From NCBI GenBank assembly GCA_000512085.1, contig ASPP01000688.1, positions 1 to 36,350 of the forward strand: a DNA stretch of 36,350 nt, given 5' to 3'. The notes under the pieces are model-generated. The model saw nothing but the letters and a program-made list of their open reading frames with translations, was not told the origin of the DNA and did no database searches. Below, piece by piece: positions 24,201-36,350 of the stretch. The translations under genes were made by a program, and so were the position numbers. This stretch comes from Reticulomyxa filosa. Its lineage: Eukaryota > Protista > Foraminifera. Each line of letters begins with the position of its first letter. Within the stretch, counting starts at the first letter, position 1.

Positions 24201-27200
24201 CAATTAGCAGGAATTATTCAACATTCCGGAACGTGTGATTCTGGTCATTACACTTCCATTATTCGAGAGAGATTACCTCGATATGGTTTGCTTTGTGTTT
24301 TTTTTTGGTTTTAGCTTTTGTACTTTTGCAAAAAAGAGACAATAAACTAGTGAGAATTTTGTTGTTTGACTCGAAGATATGGAAATGGAATCGGGATGGA
24401 TATGCTTCAATGATAACCTAATCAGTCGATGTGACCCCTCAAAAATTCCGGCGGAATGCTTTGGCTATGGAAACTCCTATACTCCGATGCACAATCAACG
24501 ACAGTATAGTGCATACATGTTGTTTTATGAACAGCTATCGCATAAAGACACAGCAGTGGTGCGTGAAGCATTGACCAAGAACCCGAACATTAAACGATTC
24601 GATTGCAGCGATAGTGATGCCTCGTGCATTCCTTCCGTTTCGCCTATTCAATCCGGCCAATCGCGAACAACGTCGCTGAACAAACGTGACAGTATTGTGA
24701 CTGTTCCGAATCAAAGCACTATGGACTTATTTCATGTGATCAATTGTGAATCTTCTTCACAAGCCAGTACCGCGGCCAATGAGAAAATGCAACTCAAGAG
24801 GTCATTAACGGAAGCATTCCAAGAGGACAATATTGGCGAAGATATTAACAACAAGCGAAGACGCCTTGTAACTGCTTCGAATACCACTATTGGTACCATG
24901 CCCTATTTTGCGCACGGCAACATTGATATGGGAAACGAGTCCATTGACAATGAGAGTGTTATTCGTGACCATTTGTCCAATGAACTGTTGTCGAAATTCC
25001 CCAAAATATTGCCGTCGTACCTTCAAGCATCATTGGTCCCACCGCACATTATGAAAGAGTTTAACCTTTTTTCATTGTTGTTGCTATTATTGTAATGCCC
25101 TTTTGTTTTTGGATAGATTGAACAAAGAGAATGAAGAAGCAGCGAGAGAGAGATATGCATTGAATCGTGAGTTTTTGCGATCTTGTCTGAACATAGCCCT
25201 GCAACAAACCAATACGACAACGGAAGACATTCAGTTGGTGATCTACGTGTTGTTGGAAACACTTTGTCACAGCGTTGATTTGCCCGACGTGTTCACACAA
25301 AATGACTTGAGACGTCTATTGGTAATGATGAGTGAAAATACATATGCTTGTGGGTGGTTTATTAACGAGATAGTATACGAACAGAAAGGTGATTGGGTGA
25401 AGAATTTGTACGATCAAAGTCGATGCAACAAAACGTGGAAATCCTTTTCCTTCGGTCTGCATTACATTATGGAGGAGATACTATTGCAGGCGTGCTTCAC
25501 TTTGAGACCATTGGAACTCGCTAGCTATTTCGAGGTATGTAAAAAAGAATTACAAAAAAAAAAAAGTTTAAAAAGGTAAAGACATTCGAATAATTGTTTG
25601 TGTAGTGTGTAACGACGCTCAAGTATCAATCAGACACTCATGATGAATGGAAAGACAAAAAGGCAATGCACACACTGCGTCCCAAAAAACGCAAATTAGA
25701 CCAAGATATTGTATCTGCGAACGATGATGTAGAAGATGACAAAAACAATCTGTTGCAACTGCAATTCCATCCATCTAAACGCCCGCGACTGGATAATTCG
25801 CTGTCTACAAGTGCAGAAACAGCACGTTCCAAATTGAAAACAAAACCAATGTATCCATGGCAAGGAAAACAGCTAATTCCTAAACTGATATCCCTAGTGC
25901 TTGCGGAATTGGGACCAATTCGCCACGACAATACAGAGGCCCCCAATTACATATCGTTTCTCTGGAGATTTGCCGAGTTTGGAGCCGCAGAGAGAGCGCT
26001 GCTAATTCGAGCAGGGGCGATATGGCGAATTTTGGCCTTTGAATGCAAAGATTTCGTCGCGTTGAAAACGGGAGAGCCATCCGAAAATGAAAAGAAAAAT
26101 CCTGTTAAGAAACAGCAATCTGATATCAAATTTTCTGACCTTATGAGGTTGTTATCGCTGCTAATCACGTCTGTTCATCCCTCTTCTATCCATGATTTTC
26201 TTGTCGAGGTTAGCACCAAACAAAAGAGAATTTCCTTTGTTTTTTGTTGTGTCTTTGCAAAGAAACCAAATGAAAAGACAAGTAAGCATTGCTTGTTGTT
26301 GTTACACCATCCGCACTCACAGTACTCACATGGTAAAAAATTTGTTCATCGCTCGACAGAAATGGAAAATGGAGAGAGCGATACGTATGAGACATTGAAA
26401 GAAGCAAACTCATTCGAAATAACTGTGCCAGTGCTCGACCTTGACAGTTCATTTGTTTCATGCCTTTGCTTGTGCAACGTTGTAGTTGTTACGTTGTTTG
26501 TTGTCTGTTGGCCTTCGGACGACGCCCATAGAAGACGAAACCATGAACACACTTTTGGGAATGGATGACGCCAGCGAAGAATTAAAGTACAATGAACACG
26601 CATTTCACAAACCGAAACTTGTTCTGGACCCTAGGCGACTAAACAGCATTGCATTGATATCCGATGTCGTTGTGAAAGTCAAACAATTGTTTTCACAAAG
26701 CGATTGGCTTTTCTTAACGAGTGAGTCCGGTATCGCAGAAGCATTCCAGTCTCATTATTCCATTCTGCAGTTTGCGGTAGCGCATTTGGTCTATTCTTCC
26801 CCTGTGTAAGTGTCAATCTTTGCTTTGTTTCATTTTGTTTCCTCAAATGCAATTGATTACGTGCAATTTGTGTATTTGAAAGGTTGGAACAAATGTTATT
26901 ACATTTGCTACCCAGCATGTTATGGCAGTGCGATTTGAAACAATCAATTGCTTTTTCCTGTCTTGAAGCCTTTCTAATTCCGGGAAATTCTGTCTTTGTG
27001 GCCGATGAACACACCTTGCAAAGATGCGGCCATTTCTTACTGTTGCACATATTTAAGGTAGGATTGCGTGTCTCAATTCATACTTTTTCATCCTTTGAAT
27101 GTGTGATTGAATGAAAACAAAATTAGGCTATTGATGGATTGAAAGAGAAATATATAGACGACCCACAAGAGATTCTTTCGTGGTTCATAACAGCGTGGAG

Positions 27201-30200
27201 AGCTAAAAAATCCATCGTTTTTGATACATTTTTGCATGCTCATTTATCGACATGGGCACCATTTGTATACAGGGCACTTGTTCCAGTACAAGACCAAAAA
27301 GCGTGTGCCCTGATTCAACAAATCATTCAAGACAAATTGAAAGACGTTTAGTGCTGCTTCTCTTTTTTTTAACACAAAAATGAAATCAACTTTCTGTGTC
27401 TATTTTGTATTCGTTACATAGTCGAAAGTCCAGTATCGTGAAGCACAGCAAAAGAATAACGAAGGGGAATTGTATGTCTTGTATTTTGTTGTCGTTGTTG
27501 TCATCAAAACAAATCAACCCGAAAACAGCTATTTGACATTCACATAATTCACAACGACAGACGTGCGATCGAAGAAATGGTGAAAAAGTTTTTAGAATTA
27601 CTACTGAAGCCGAAAGCAATGGCTGAGTGTTATATGAATGCAAAGAGAAGAGCAGCACAAAGTTCCAATATTATAAGATTTGGCGGTCCTAGTTATCCTC
27701 GTTATTCATTCACTATTGATTCTATTACTTTCTTGGCCACCGAATTTCATGATCTAATCATTCCCATTTTAGTTTAGTTTTTTTTTTTTTTGAGAGGGCT
27801 GTGTGCACATTCAAGTCAATTCCTTATAAAATATTGTTGTGTTATGTGATGAAAAGTCAACAGATCAATGTTGGGGAAAATGTGCAAGAACTATATGCGC
27901 TGGTCTTCGCAGATCATCGAGATAACCACTTGACCATGGATAATGATATCCTGGCAATATACAGACTCATTCAACTAATACTGCGCGCTCCAATGAATCA
28001 AAGCGAGGCAGCGTTAACCAGGTTATTTCGAGAAAAACTCATTGAACGTGTGTCGGTTATCTTTACATCCGATTCCATGCAAATACAGCAATGCTCAGAA
28101 ATAGTCATTTGTTTATGTAACATAATGTCCACATTTATGCCAATTTCTCAACAATGGATTGATCGTTACATATCTAACCCTATCTTTATGTCGAATCTGT
28201 TTCGATTCGTATGTCTGCGACACAAACCCGTAGTAGCTCCAGAAATCGAAGTTTCAATAAAACAACAAACAAAAAGAATAAGAGAGTTTTTTGTCTTTCC
28301 CTCTTTTTTTTTTAATTTTCCCTCTTTTTTTTTTGGCTTTGCCCATAGAAATCGATGGCTCCGTTACTAAAGAGCTTAATGAAAATTGACAAAATTCGAG
28401 AAAGGTCTGCTGAATATTTGAAACAAGTGTTGTTATTTTTGACGGAAGAGATTCGCAAATATGGAAATACGAATAAATGTGATGATATATTCCTCAATTT
28501 TTGGATTGAGTTTGGTTCAATTTAATATTTTTTCAAGGCTTGTTTGTGCTCAAGCACGCAACATAACAAAAACTCGAATAGGACGATCTTCTTGTTGATG
28601 AACGATGAAAAAAACTTTGCAACGCTCAATGAATATTCTGGAATATCTATAGTCATTCAGGTTTGACAAATGTGTTTATCTTTCAGATCTGGTATGCAAA
28701 AAGAAAATAATAACAATATAAAAAAGATTGTAAAGAAGATCACACAATTTAAAGATGAACCCATACAATGGAAATCGATGGCAAAAGCATTTCAATTTTT
28801 GCATCAAATGATAAGAATGTTAAGTAATTATCTCTCTTTTCATTAAAATACGAATCCAATACATGCGTTTGTTTGTTTATAGATATCGTGAGAGAGCGTG
28901 TGATGTTAGTTTAGATGTCAAGACTCTTATATTGCACTGCGTGCTCAGTTTTTCAAAGACTACATCGTTATGTGATAAAAATAGTGATATCAACATTGAC
29001 ACAATTCTGTTGAACTGTTTACACGAATGTGTACGACACGACTTGGCAATTAAGGCCATCTCTGCTGCTGCAAAAACACAAACGGAGTCCAAAAACGCAC
29101 ACTTGGATACCAATAACATATATGAATTTACGCAGATAATGTTGAAGATAGCATTTGATGTTACTCAGCCGTACGCAGGTCATAATCAATTACAAGATGA
29201 ATTCAAATCTGGTTTCGGACTTCGTGCATCTTTGCTTGTTGCTACCGAAGCGCAATGGAAACTCTCGAAACAACAAAATGATTTAATTTGGCTCGTTCGA
29301 ATCTTTGAGACAATGCTTCAATTCGCCGATACTACGATGCTAGATTTCCTGACAATACAACTTTCAAACAATTGGCTTCAGTATTGTTGAGTAAATTTCG
29401 AAATAATTTTGTTGTTTTCCTCTGAATAACATGACGACAGGTAATACTTGTTTGATTTGTGTTGAATTGATTGATATCAATAGTAATATTGATATGGTTT
29501 GTGGAAAGAGAGGGCTGGCATTTATCTTTAATGTTATTTGAGTATGTGAAAGACCATATTATCCCAATTATTGGCCTTTGCAACGATCTTCCCTGTCATT
29601 CATTGACACAATTGTTGGTATTGCGACGAAGTATTAACTGCTTCATTTCAAATGCAAACACGTGTTTGGATAGTGCAATAACAAGTCACGTCTTCAATAC
29701 AACAATGAAAAAAAAACCAGAAAATCCTCTTACTGTCGAGTTCGGCAAAACCACTTCAAAATATTGGAGATTTTTATATTGGTACCACTTTCACCAATGT
29801 ATCGATCAATATCTGATTAAAAATTTAGCAAATATTACTGATTCGGACAAAGTGGATTCATTGTTTTGTGAACAAGCAAATGTTTAGTATCTATTTCACG
29901 TGCTTTTTTTGTATTATCTCTGAAAGTTTTCATAAATACTCTTATATCCACAGCTGGCAAAATGGATTTTATCTGCATCAGATGGATGTGATTGGCCCGT
30001 GCAGAATAATGACACAGATGTGGACATGAAAGAGCCAGGACAAGAGCAGAAAGAGAAATATATTTTCACTTATCAGCAAATTAACTTGATGATTTCACAA
30101 ATTCAGTGTCTTCAGGTAACTTTGCAAACATATTGCGAGAAGTATCCTAGTGCTGATAAACTGACTGCTCAGCTTCGCAAATTAGAAGAGTTGCTAAATG

Positions 30201-30602
30201 CACAATTGAGCCTTTCGAAAAATGCAAACACGATCAATGAAAAACCTCCTCTTCGTCAAGAGAATACAAAAGGTCCAACTGGTGCTATTAAGTTGCCCAT
30301 TTCTGCAAGTAAAAGAAAATCAAGTTACTACGATTATGGACCTACACAAAATACTACTTCATTATTGTTTGGAGTTTCAAAAATGAAAAATCTCTTGTTT
30401 TGAATTGCTACAAAATACAATTATGTGTATTCAAAAATGACTGCTACTAGGCGTGGGTGGACGACCGACAAATCTGAAATCGGAACAAAAAACTGAAATA
30501 GATGGTGATAATACGAATAAATCGAGTGAAGCAGAAGAACCAAAAAGACCATTTGAAGATTCACGAGAAATTGGTGAAACAGCAAATGAAAATAAAATAT
30601 AA
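13781..30602 (+). CDS. Very large ubiquitin-specific protease of the USP9X/USP24/USP34 type (peptidase C19), ~41 introns; last exon and stop uncertain; two apparent -1 frameshifts (~18510, ~20240)
   Basis: Cys box GLTNLGATCYMNSLMQQLYM (catalytic Cys codon 22922-22924), QMDVDEFF, Zn-finger CHH..CEVC, HLKRFEFD, KIND, His box HSGTCDSGHYTS (~24222-24257), WICFND and SAYMLFYE. Long helical N- and C-terminal regions. Successive exons join through phase-compatible GT-AG introns. Confidence 0.9.
14772..15280 (+). repeat. Coding low-complexity tract: poly-Asn followed by a long Asp/Glu-rich region in the USP N-terminus
   Basis: (aac/aat)n then (gat/gac/gaa/gag)n trinucleotide arrays, in frame within ORF 14590..15441. 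Confidence 0.9.
23121..23192 (+). repeat. 33-bp coding tandem duplication (DPKEKAEVKIG DPKEKVEVKIG DP) inside the USP catalytic domain
   Basis: gatccgaaagaaaaagctgaagtgaaaatcgga followed by gatccaaaagaaaaagttgaagtgaaaatcgga. Confidence 0.85.
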
Positions 30603-31019
30603 ATAAACTGATTGAAGAGAGGGAAGGGGAGCGCAATTCGATTTTCTAATTTATTTTGCTTGATCATTCTTACTCAGAGGCATGAAACACTTTACCAACG
30701 CGTTGTAATGAACAGTACAACTGTTAATGTTAATGACTTTGTGGCAATCAATAGCGGACGTTGTTCAAAATTGTGACGGAAATTTCATTTGTGCACAATC
30801 ACATATTAGTTCAAATAAATGCAAAAAAATTTTTGAAAGTCTTTAATATTCATTCATTTTCGCAATTTCTTTTAAATGACAATGCTGAGTTTAAACATTG
30901 AAAAATGAACTGACAACTTTTGATGGTTAAAAAAATTGATAGTTTAGTGCTTTGAACTCGTTGAAAGCTGGGCAAAATCGAAATAAGGGTAGAAAGTTCG
31001 TATTGTAAAAGTAATTTGT

Positions 31020-32497
31020 TTAAAGATGTACAACTTTAGTCTTTATTTCTAAACCAAAACCTTGTTGATTCACTTCAACATTTTTAAGTGGTTCATTTTC
31101 ATGAATTATTTCACATATGATGGCAGTGACTCTTCCAACATGGTTAACAGAAGACTCTACTTTTTCCACACTCCACCCGGTTTTGAATAGAAGAAAAGTT
31201 TCAGCAAGTGTTCCAGGATGAATAAAATGTTGATTTACTTGTTTTTTAACTTTGTAACGTTTACATAAGAATGACAAAATTTCATTTTTCTCGTAAGTTG
31301 GATTTTCCGTTTGTCGTTCAATTCCGAAACCGTATTCAAGCATTTTTGAATTACTGGTCAACTTTGGGGATGTCCATTCTGATGTCCGTGGCTTGTCACA
31401 TTTTTCTTCGTCAATATCAACATCAATTTCTGGCGCATTTGCTTGCGCTTGTGCTGTATTAATTAACGGATTGGGTATGGGAAGCGGGCTGCTACTTTCA
31501 ACTATAGGAGTAATTTCTTGTCTATTTGATTTTCTCTTCGATATTGTTTGGGGTTGTCGCAGTGACACTCCGTTTGGGGAAATATCAAGTTCTATCTGCT
31601 TCTTCTGTCCTTTGATTTTGTATGAAAACAGTAGCCCTGCATGTGTTTATGTCCAACAAACACAAACAATTGAAACACATGCCTTTGCGAACGAGTATCA
31701 GGATTTGGAGCTCCTAACAATTTTTCGGTTTTCTGCTTGGTATGTTTGCTAATATTTTGAGGAGTACTCGCTTTGGAACTGGCCGATTTTATAGTTGGAG
31801 ATTTTTGCTTTGTTGTCAATGAACGATTTCTAGTTATTTTTTTTTTTGTGCTTTGCGTTTGCTTATTCTTTGTCTTTATTTTGGTTTGCGTATTGGCTGT
31901 GTCATTGTTCTTATCAACAGTTTCTTTTTGGGTTGACTGAGTTCTGATGTCATCAAAATTTTTTTCGGTTATTTGTGATTTCTCATTCATTTTCATATTA
32001 TTTTCAAATTCTTCCACTGTCATCAAATCCACTTCATTGTTTGTAAATACTCCGTGCTTTGGCCCACAAGTAAAGTACTTGTGTCCTCCTTTGACTCCGT
32101 CGTTGTCTCCTTTGGCCTCATGCAATTCAATGCCATAATGAACTTTTTTAAAGCTTGCAAAAGCTGGAATTCCAACATATGTAATCACTCCTCCTTGCAC
32201 TCCCTTCACGATAACGCTTTCTCCAATCGTGAATTTTGTTGATTGTTTAGTTCTGGTTGTTTTTGTAATTTTATTTTTGGTGACCAATCTTCCCGTTAAT
32301 TGTGCGTTATCTTTGACCGAAAAATAGGTTACACCCTCCAGTGATCCATTGTTTCGCCCCTTGCCTGAAGTCAATTCGATTCCGTATAGTGTTCCCTTCT
32401 TTCCTACAACTTCTCCAATGAACCGCACATGTCCAATACCACCATCGTCCAAAGTCACTTGATCACCAAAATAAATTACAAGTTCCGCAGATGACAT
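31020..32497 (-). CDS. Tandem CAP-Gly domain microtubule-binding protein (exons 32497-31693, 31636-31020)
   Basis: Two CAP-Gly motifs: GHVRFIG..YGIELTSGKGRNNGSLEGVTYF and GVITYVG..YGIELHEAKGDNDGVKGGHKYFTCGPKHGVF, then a basic Ser/Thr-rich linker. A phase-1 GTTCGC..GCAG intron (31692-31637) joins the two ORFs. Confidence 0.88.
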
Positions 32498-32835
32498 ACT
32501 TTAGCTTTTTTGATGGTGGTCAATCGGCAAAAGGGGATCCACAACGAAATCGTACCCATTCAAAAAGGTAACCTTTGTCTTCCAAAAGTTCCTAACTAAA
32601 TTAGTATATTTGCTTGACAAAAGCTTTCAAAAGAGAAAATGACTATTTTTGTCGCTGATTTACTGAAAAGAAGTTAATTTTTCTATAGATTAGCATATAT
32701 AAGTTGAATTAATATAATGTTTCCTTGTTAGTACGTTTGTTCAGACCTTTTTTCCTGAAGTCCCAGTTTCCTTGCAACTAAACCAGGGACGAGCCAAAGC
32801 CTTGAGGCTACAAATTGTAAAGTGAAAGGAGAGAA

Positions 32836-34383
32836 ATGGTGACTATATTAACAGCAATAATTACTACTTTGTTAATAGAACTGCTGTGTCCAACAAGTTT
32901 ATGCATTTATATTTACAAGAACTATAAACAAAGACGTCATCCTTGTTTGCGAGCACGGTCGCTAAAGAGTACTATTTCAGCTTCCATTTTGGCAGTATTG
33001 TATTTGTTGTTCGTTACACCACTACAAATTTTCGGTGCAATCGTGCCTCAATTGTTACAATTCAGTATCCCGCTGTACTCCGTGTTGCTACATTCACAAA
33101 ATATGTTATGGACAGTCGCAATGTGGAACATAACGTATCACCTGAAAAGAAACTCTATTTTTTCAAAGGTGCAATGGATAACACTTATCAATGCTAAAAT
33201 CGCTCAAAGCGAGTATCAAAAAAATGAATGGTGAGACAATGTTTGGATACAAACAGTGTTTTTTTTTTTGGAGATTACGACCTATTAAAAAAAGTACACA
33301 TACAAACTAGGTACTTACGATCGAGCACGCGACAGCGCTACGGTAATGAGACTTGGGTAATATTGCATTATGGATTACCGTTTGTAATGGTGATAGTCAT
33401 TCCACAGTTGATAATCTGTGAACTCGGCCGAGGGAGTCATAATGTGGATCTTAATAATGCCCCTAAGCATATTCGAGAACTGGATCTGACCTTTGAGCTG
33501 TATGATCTGTTTATGCACATTTTGCATTTGATGATCAAGTTGGGGATATTGTACGAATGGAAAAAAATTAAATTCAATGACTATTATCAAGTACGTATAG
33601 ACTATTGGTACGGCTTTCTGGCTTTGTCCTCAGCAGTTTTTGGTTGGGCGGGATTAATTGCAATGGAAAATACTCGGGTGATGTCTTATTCCGATTTCAT
33701 ATACTTGGCGGGCTTGCTTAGCCCCATGGCTATCACTAGCGGACTTACTTTTTTATTGTGGTATCCATTATATATGTTCGGCATCGATCGTTCCCTCTGT
33801 TCAAGTACTAGAAGTCGTCCGAGTTTAGGTATGAATAAAGTCTTTCGCACGCCTTTTCAAAAATTTTGTTGGCTGTACTTAAAAAAAAACAGTCCTTTCA
33901 CGGGCCAACTCGAACAACAATACACTCCTATTATTACAACAAGTTTTGCAAAATCAAAAAATGGTCGATGCGTTCATGCACCATTTGTTTTTGGCATTCG
34001 CAAGTGAGGGCCTGCTTTGTATAATTGAAATGTGCCAGTTTATTGTTCACCACGCTTCTTTGCAAAGTCCTGGAGAAGAGGTCGTGAAGTGTGTGATTCA
34101 ATTGGACCCAGCCATTCCAATATCTGATATTGTTAGTAATGATAATTTAACAGTTCAACAAAAAGCACACAAACTAGTCGAGAAATACATTGCAGTTGGG
34201 GCCGAGTTTGAAGTCAATATTTCATTTGGATTAAGACAGCAAGTAATTACACTCAAAGAGTCTGCATCTGACAACCAAACCTATTTTAAATGGGCAAAGC
34301 TGTGCAATACCGTCATTTCCAACTTGGCTGTTTTATTGTCGGATAACTTATCTAGACTTGAGTTTCAATCTATAAGTCCTTAA
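32836..34383 (+). CDS. 7TM-RGS protein (seven predicted TM helices plus a C-terminal RGS domain); introns 33231-33310 and 33868 (or 33829)-33943
   Basis: Seven hydrophobic segments, followed by AFMHHLFLAFASEGLLCIIEMCQF...AHKLVEKYIAVGAEFEVNISFGLRQQV, matching the RGS pattern including EVNI. Confidence 0.85.
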
Positions 34384-35499
34384 AATATACTCAAAACTCT
34401 TACTTTTACTATCAACACCCAACTGAGTTTGTTTCCCTTTTTTTTCTAAACTTGTTTAAAGAATTCCTTTTACTTAAGTCAACTCGATTTTGTTTGACAA
34501 AGACATGAAACATTAGCAAGGCATGCAGATTTTGAACTTAGAATCAATGATAAATGTAAAAAATTGAAACGAAGAGCTTTAACTACTAAAGAACTTCTAA
34601 TTTTTAGGAGCAGGCTATATGTTTTACTACAGTAATTTTCTTTCGAATTGCAAACAGAAAATTGCGTTTTTAGGTAAATAATGAATTATAAGAATAAAAC
34701 AAATAAAAATGTTGTTAACTTTATAATAAACTTTCGGTTTTTAAGAAACTATTATTGCTTGTATCATATAGTAGGCAAAGGACAATAGTGTATATTTACG
34801 AAAAATAGTAATAGTTTATTTATTGACACAATTCCACGCAAAATAAAAATATCTAAATAAAGTAAAAGATATTCCTAATTGAAAAAAAATGGTCATTAAT
34901 ATATTGAACATACAACCAAAACTTGTGACTTGGTACAATTGAAAAAGTTATGACCAAGCATATACATTGTAAGAAAGTTGTTAATGTTAGTCATATTGTT
35001 TAAGATTTAATTTTAATATAAACATAGTGATAATATTTATATGTGATAAAAATTGTATATGTACGAGCGCAAGCGTGGAAGCCAACGGGAGGATGGGGAA
35101 ATAATATTAAAAAAATGTACGATATAGTGCATTTTCTATGGCATTGAATTAGATGACACAAATGTTTGACTGATAGCGCGGTCAAACAATAGTTTTATTT
35201 CAATGCAATAACAATTACTGACATTGCTCGATTTGATGACATCAGTTTTTGGATAGTGATGAAGGAGCGGGATGAATAAGAGAAAGTCATTATTTCATTT
35301 TCAATATATGCATATTTGCTGATCGTACTTTTTACACTTTTGCATTTAACATTTTTAAAAAAATTTTATTAAAAAGATTGAAATATATACTTGATCCTAC
35401 CTTTTTTTATTCTTGTTTATTCATTACAAGCCAAAAAAAGATATAAAATACAAATCGCTCGTTTGTGTTAATAGCAATTGATGACAAAGTTACACTGTT

Positions 35500-36110
35500 T
35501 TATTTCGAAAAAAAGGCAGAAACAAAGACAGCAAAGAAATATCGTCAGCGTGCTTATGATCAGTGTGTCTCGGCAGTGTCAGTGATGTCGCTGTGAATGA
35601 AGCATTGAAGAAATCACCAACAGAAAACATAATATACTAGGAGGATCTACAATCGAATACATTGTATGCAAGCAAAGAAAAAGAGTTGCAAAAGATCACA
35701 CAGCTGCGCGAAGAGAAAAGTGATCACACAAACTGAAGCGAAAGTATGAGTGAAAGTGAATATAATAAGTGGTCTATCACAAAAAAACGAAAAACAAATA
35801 CATAGAAAAAGACAAAAAAAAACTATCAAATTTAGCAATTGAATATAATCATCAGGATCAATTTCTATATAAGTCTTCGTTCTCAGTCCGACAAACGCAC
35901 TATACGCTAGCAAAGCGCTTTGGGTCAACATCACATACAATCCAACGAGCAAAAACGATGACGACGGCCAGGACAAAGAAAGTGCTCGTATTATCTTCGT
36001 CATCAGAAGATTGACTTGACGATATGCAGGTGGTCTCAAATGACATCGATGCAATAAAATGGACATCCAGAGCGCCGGCCAGGCAAGGACAGCCGATGCA
36101 ATATGTTACT
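35500..36110 (+). pseudogene. Possible decayed coding fragment of unknown family
   Basis: Higher GC and codon-like purine-rich composition than its flanks, but interrupted by stops in every frame and with no recognisable motif. Confidence 0.25.
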
Positions 36111-36350
36111 TTTTTTCAAAAGTATAGACTTTCAAAACTGATCAATGGTCAACAATTAAAAAGCTTAAGTAGTTATTATACATTTATCAATCAATTACTG
36201 CGTAATTCTTGATAAAGCAAACACTATATCATAAATGTTAATAGCTTATTATTCTTTTAATTAAATACAATAATAAAACTACAATCTTTGCATATTATAT
36301 AATAATAGTTGTATTTTGAAGGAAGACAAGCACAGAACATCTGGATACTG

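Noticed and set aside
28241-28356. 9-bp direct repeat agaaatcga at both ends of intron 28251-28348, suggesting a transposon-derived (introner) intron
   Set aside because: An isolated case; other introns share neither flanking repeats nor sequence with each other.
1-36350. Prokaryotic systems (CRISPR arrays, operons, IS elements) or stop-codon reassignment
   Set aside because: The window is spliceosomal-intron-rich eukaryotic DNA; apart from the three frame breaks noted, in-frame stops fall in introns, and genes end in TAA or TGA under the standard code.

Overview
AT-rich, intron-dense eukaryotic genomic DNA. Intron style, the 7TM-RGS gene and the Cys-rich surface protein suggest a rhizarian such as the foraminiferan Reticulomyxa; this is an inference from recall, not a search result. 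By hand I can splice ten protein genes with GT-AG introns: a putatively acylated PDZ-like protein (partial), a Cu/Zn SOD with a Cys-rich N-terminal extension, a peroxisomal alanine-glyoxylate aminotransferase (ends SKL), a Cys-rich type I membrane protein, an F-box-like protein, a G-protein gamma subunit, a SPRY-like protein, a ~17 kb USP9X/24/34-type deubiquitinase with about 41 introns, a tandem CAP-Gly protein and a 7TM-RGS protein. The main finding is the ORF-free stretch at 5657 to ~6305. It folds as a greatly expanded (~650 nt) U1 snRNA cloverleaf. Its 5' recognition sequence reads AUACUCAACUG instead of the near-universal AUACUUACCUG, so it is complementary to CA|GUUGAGUAU. Independently, about two thirds of the introns I inferred here start GTT, and ten start GTTNAGT, the canonical GTRAGT shifted by one base. 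Together these point to a spliceosome with a rewired 5' splice-site code. All exon boundaries and folds are manual.
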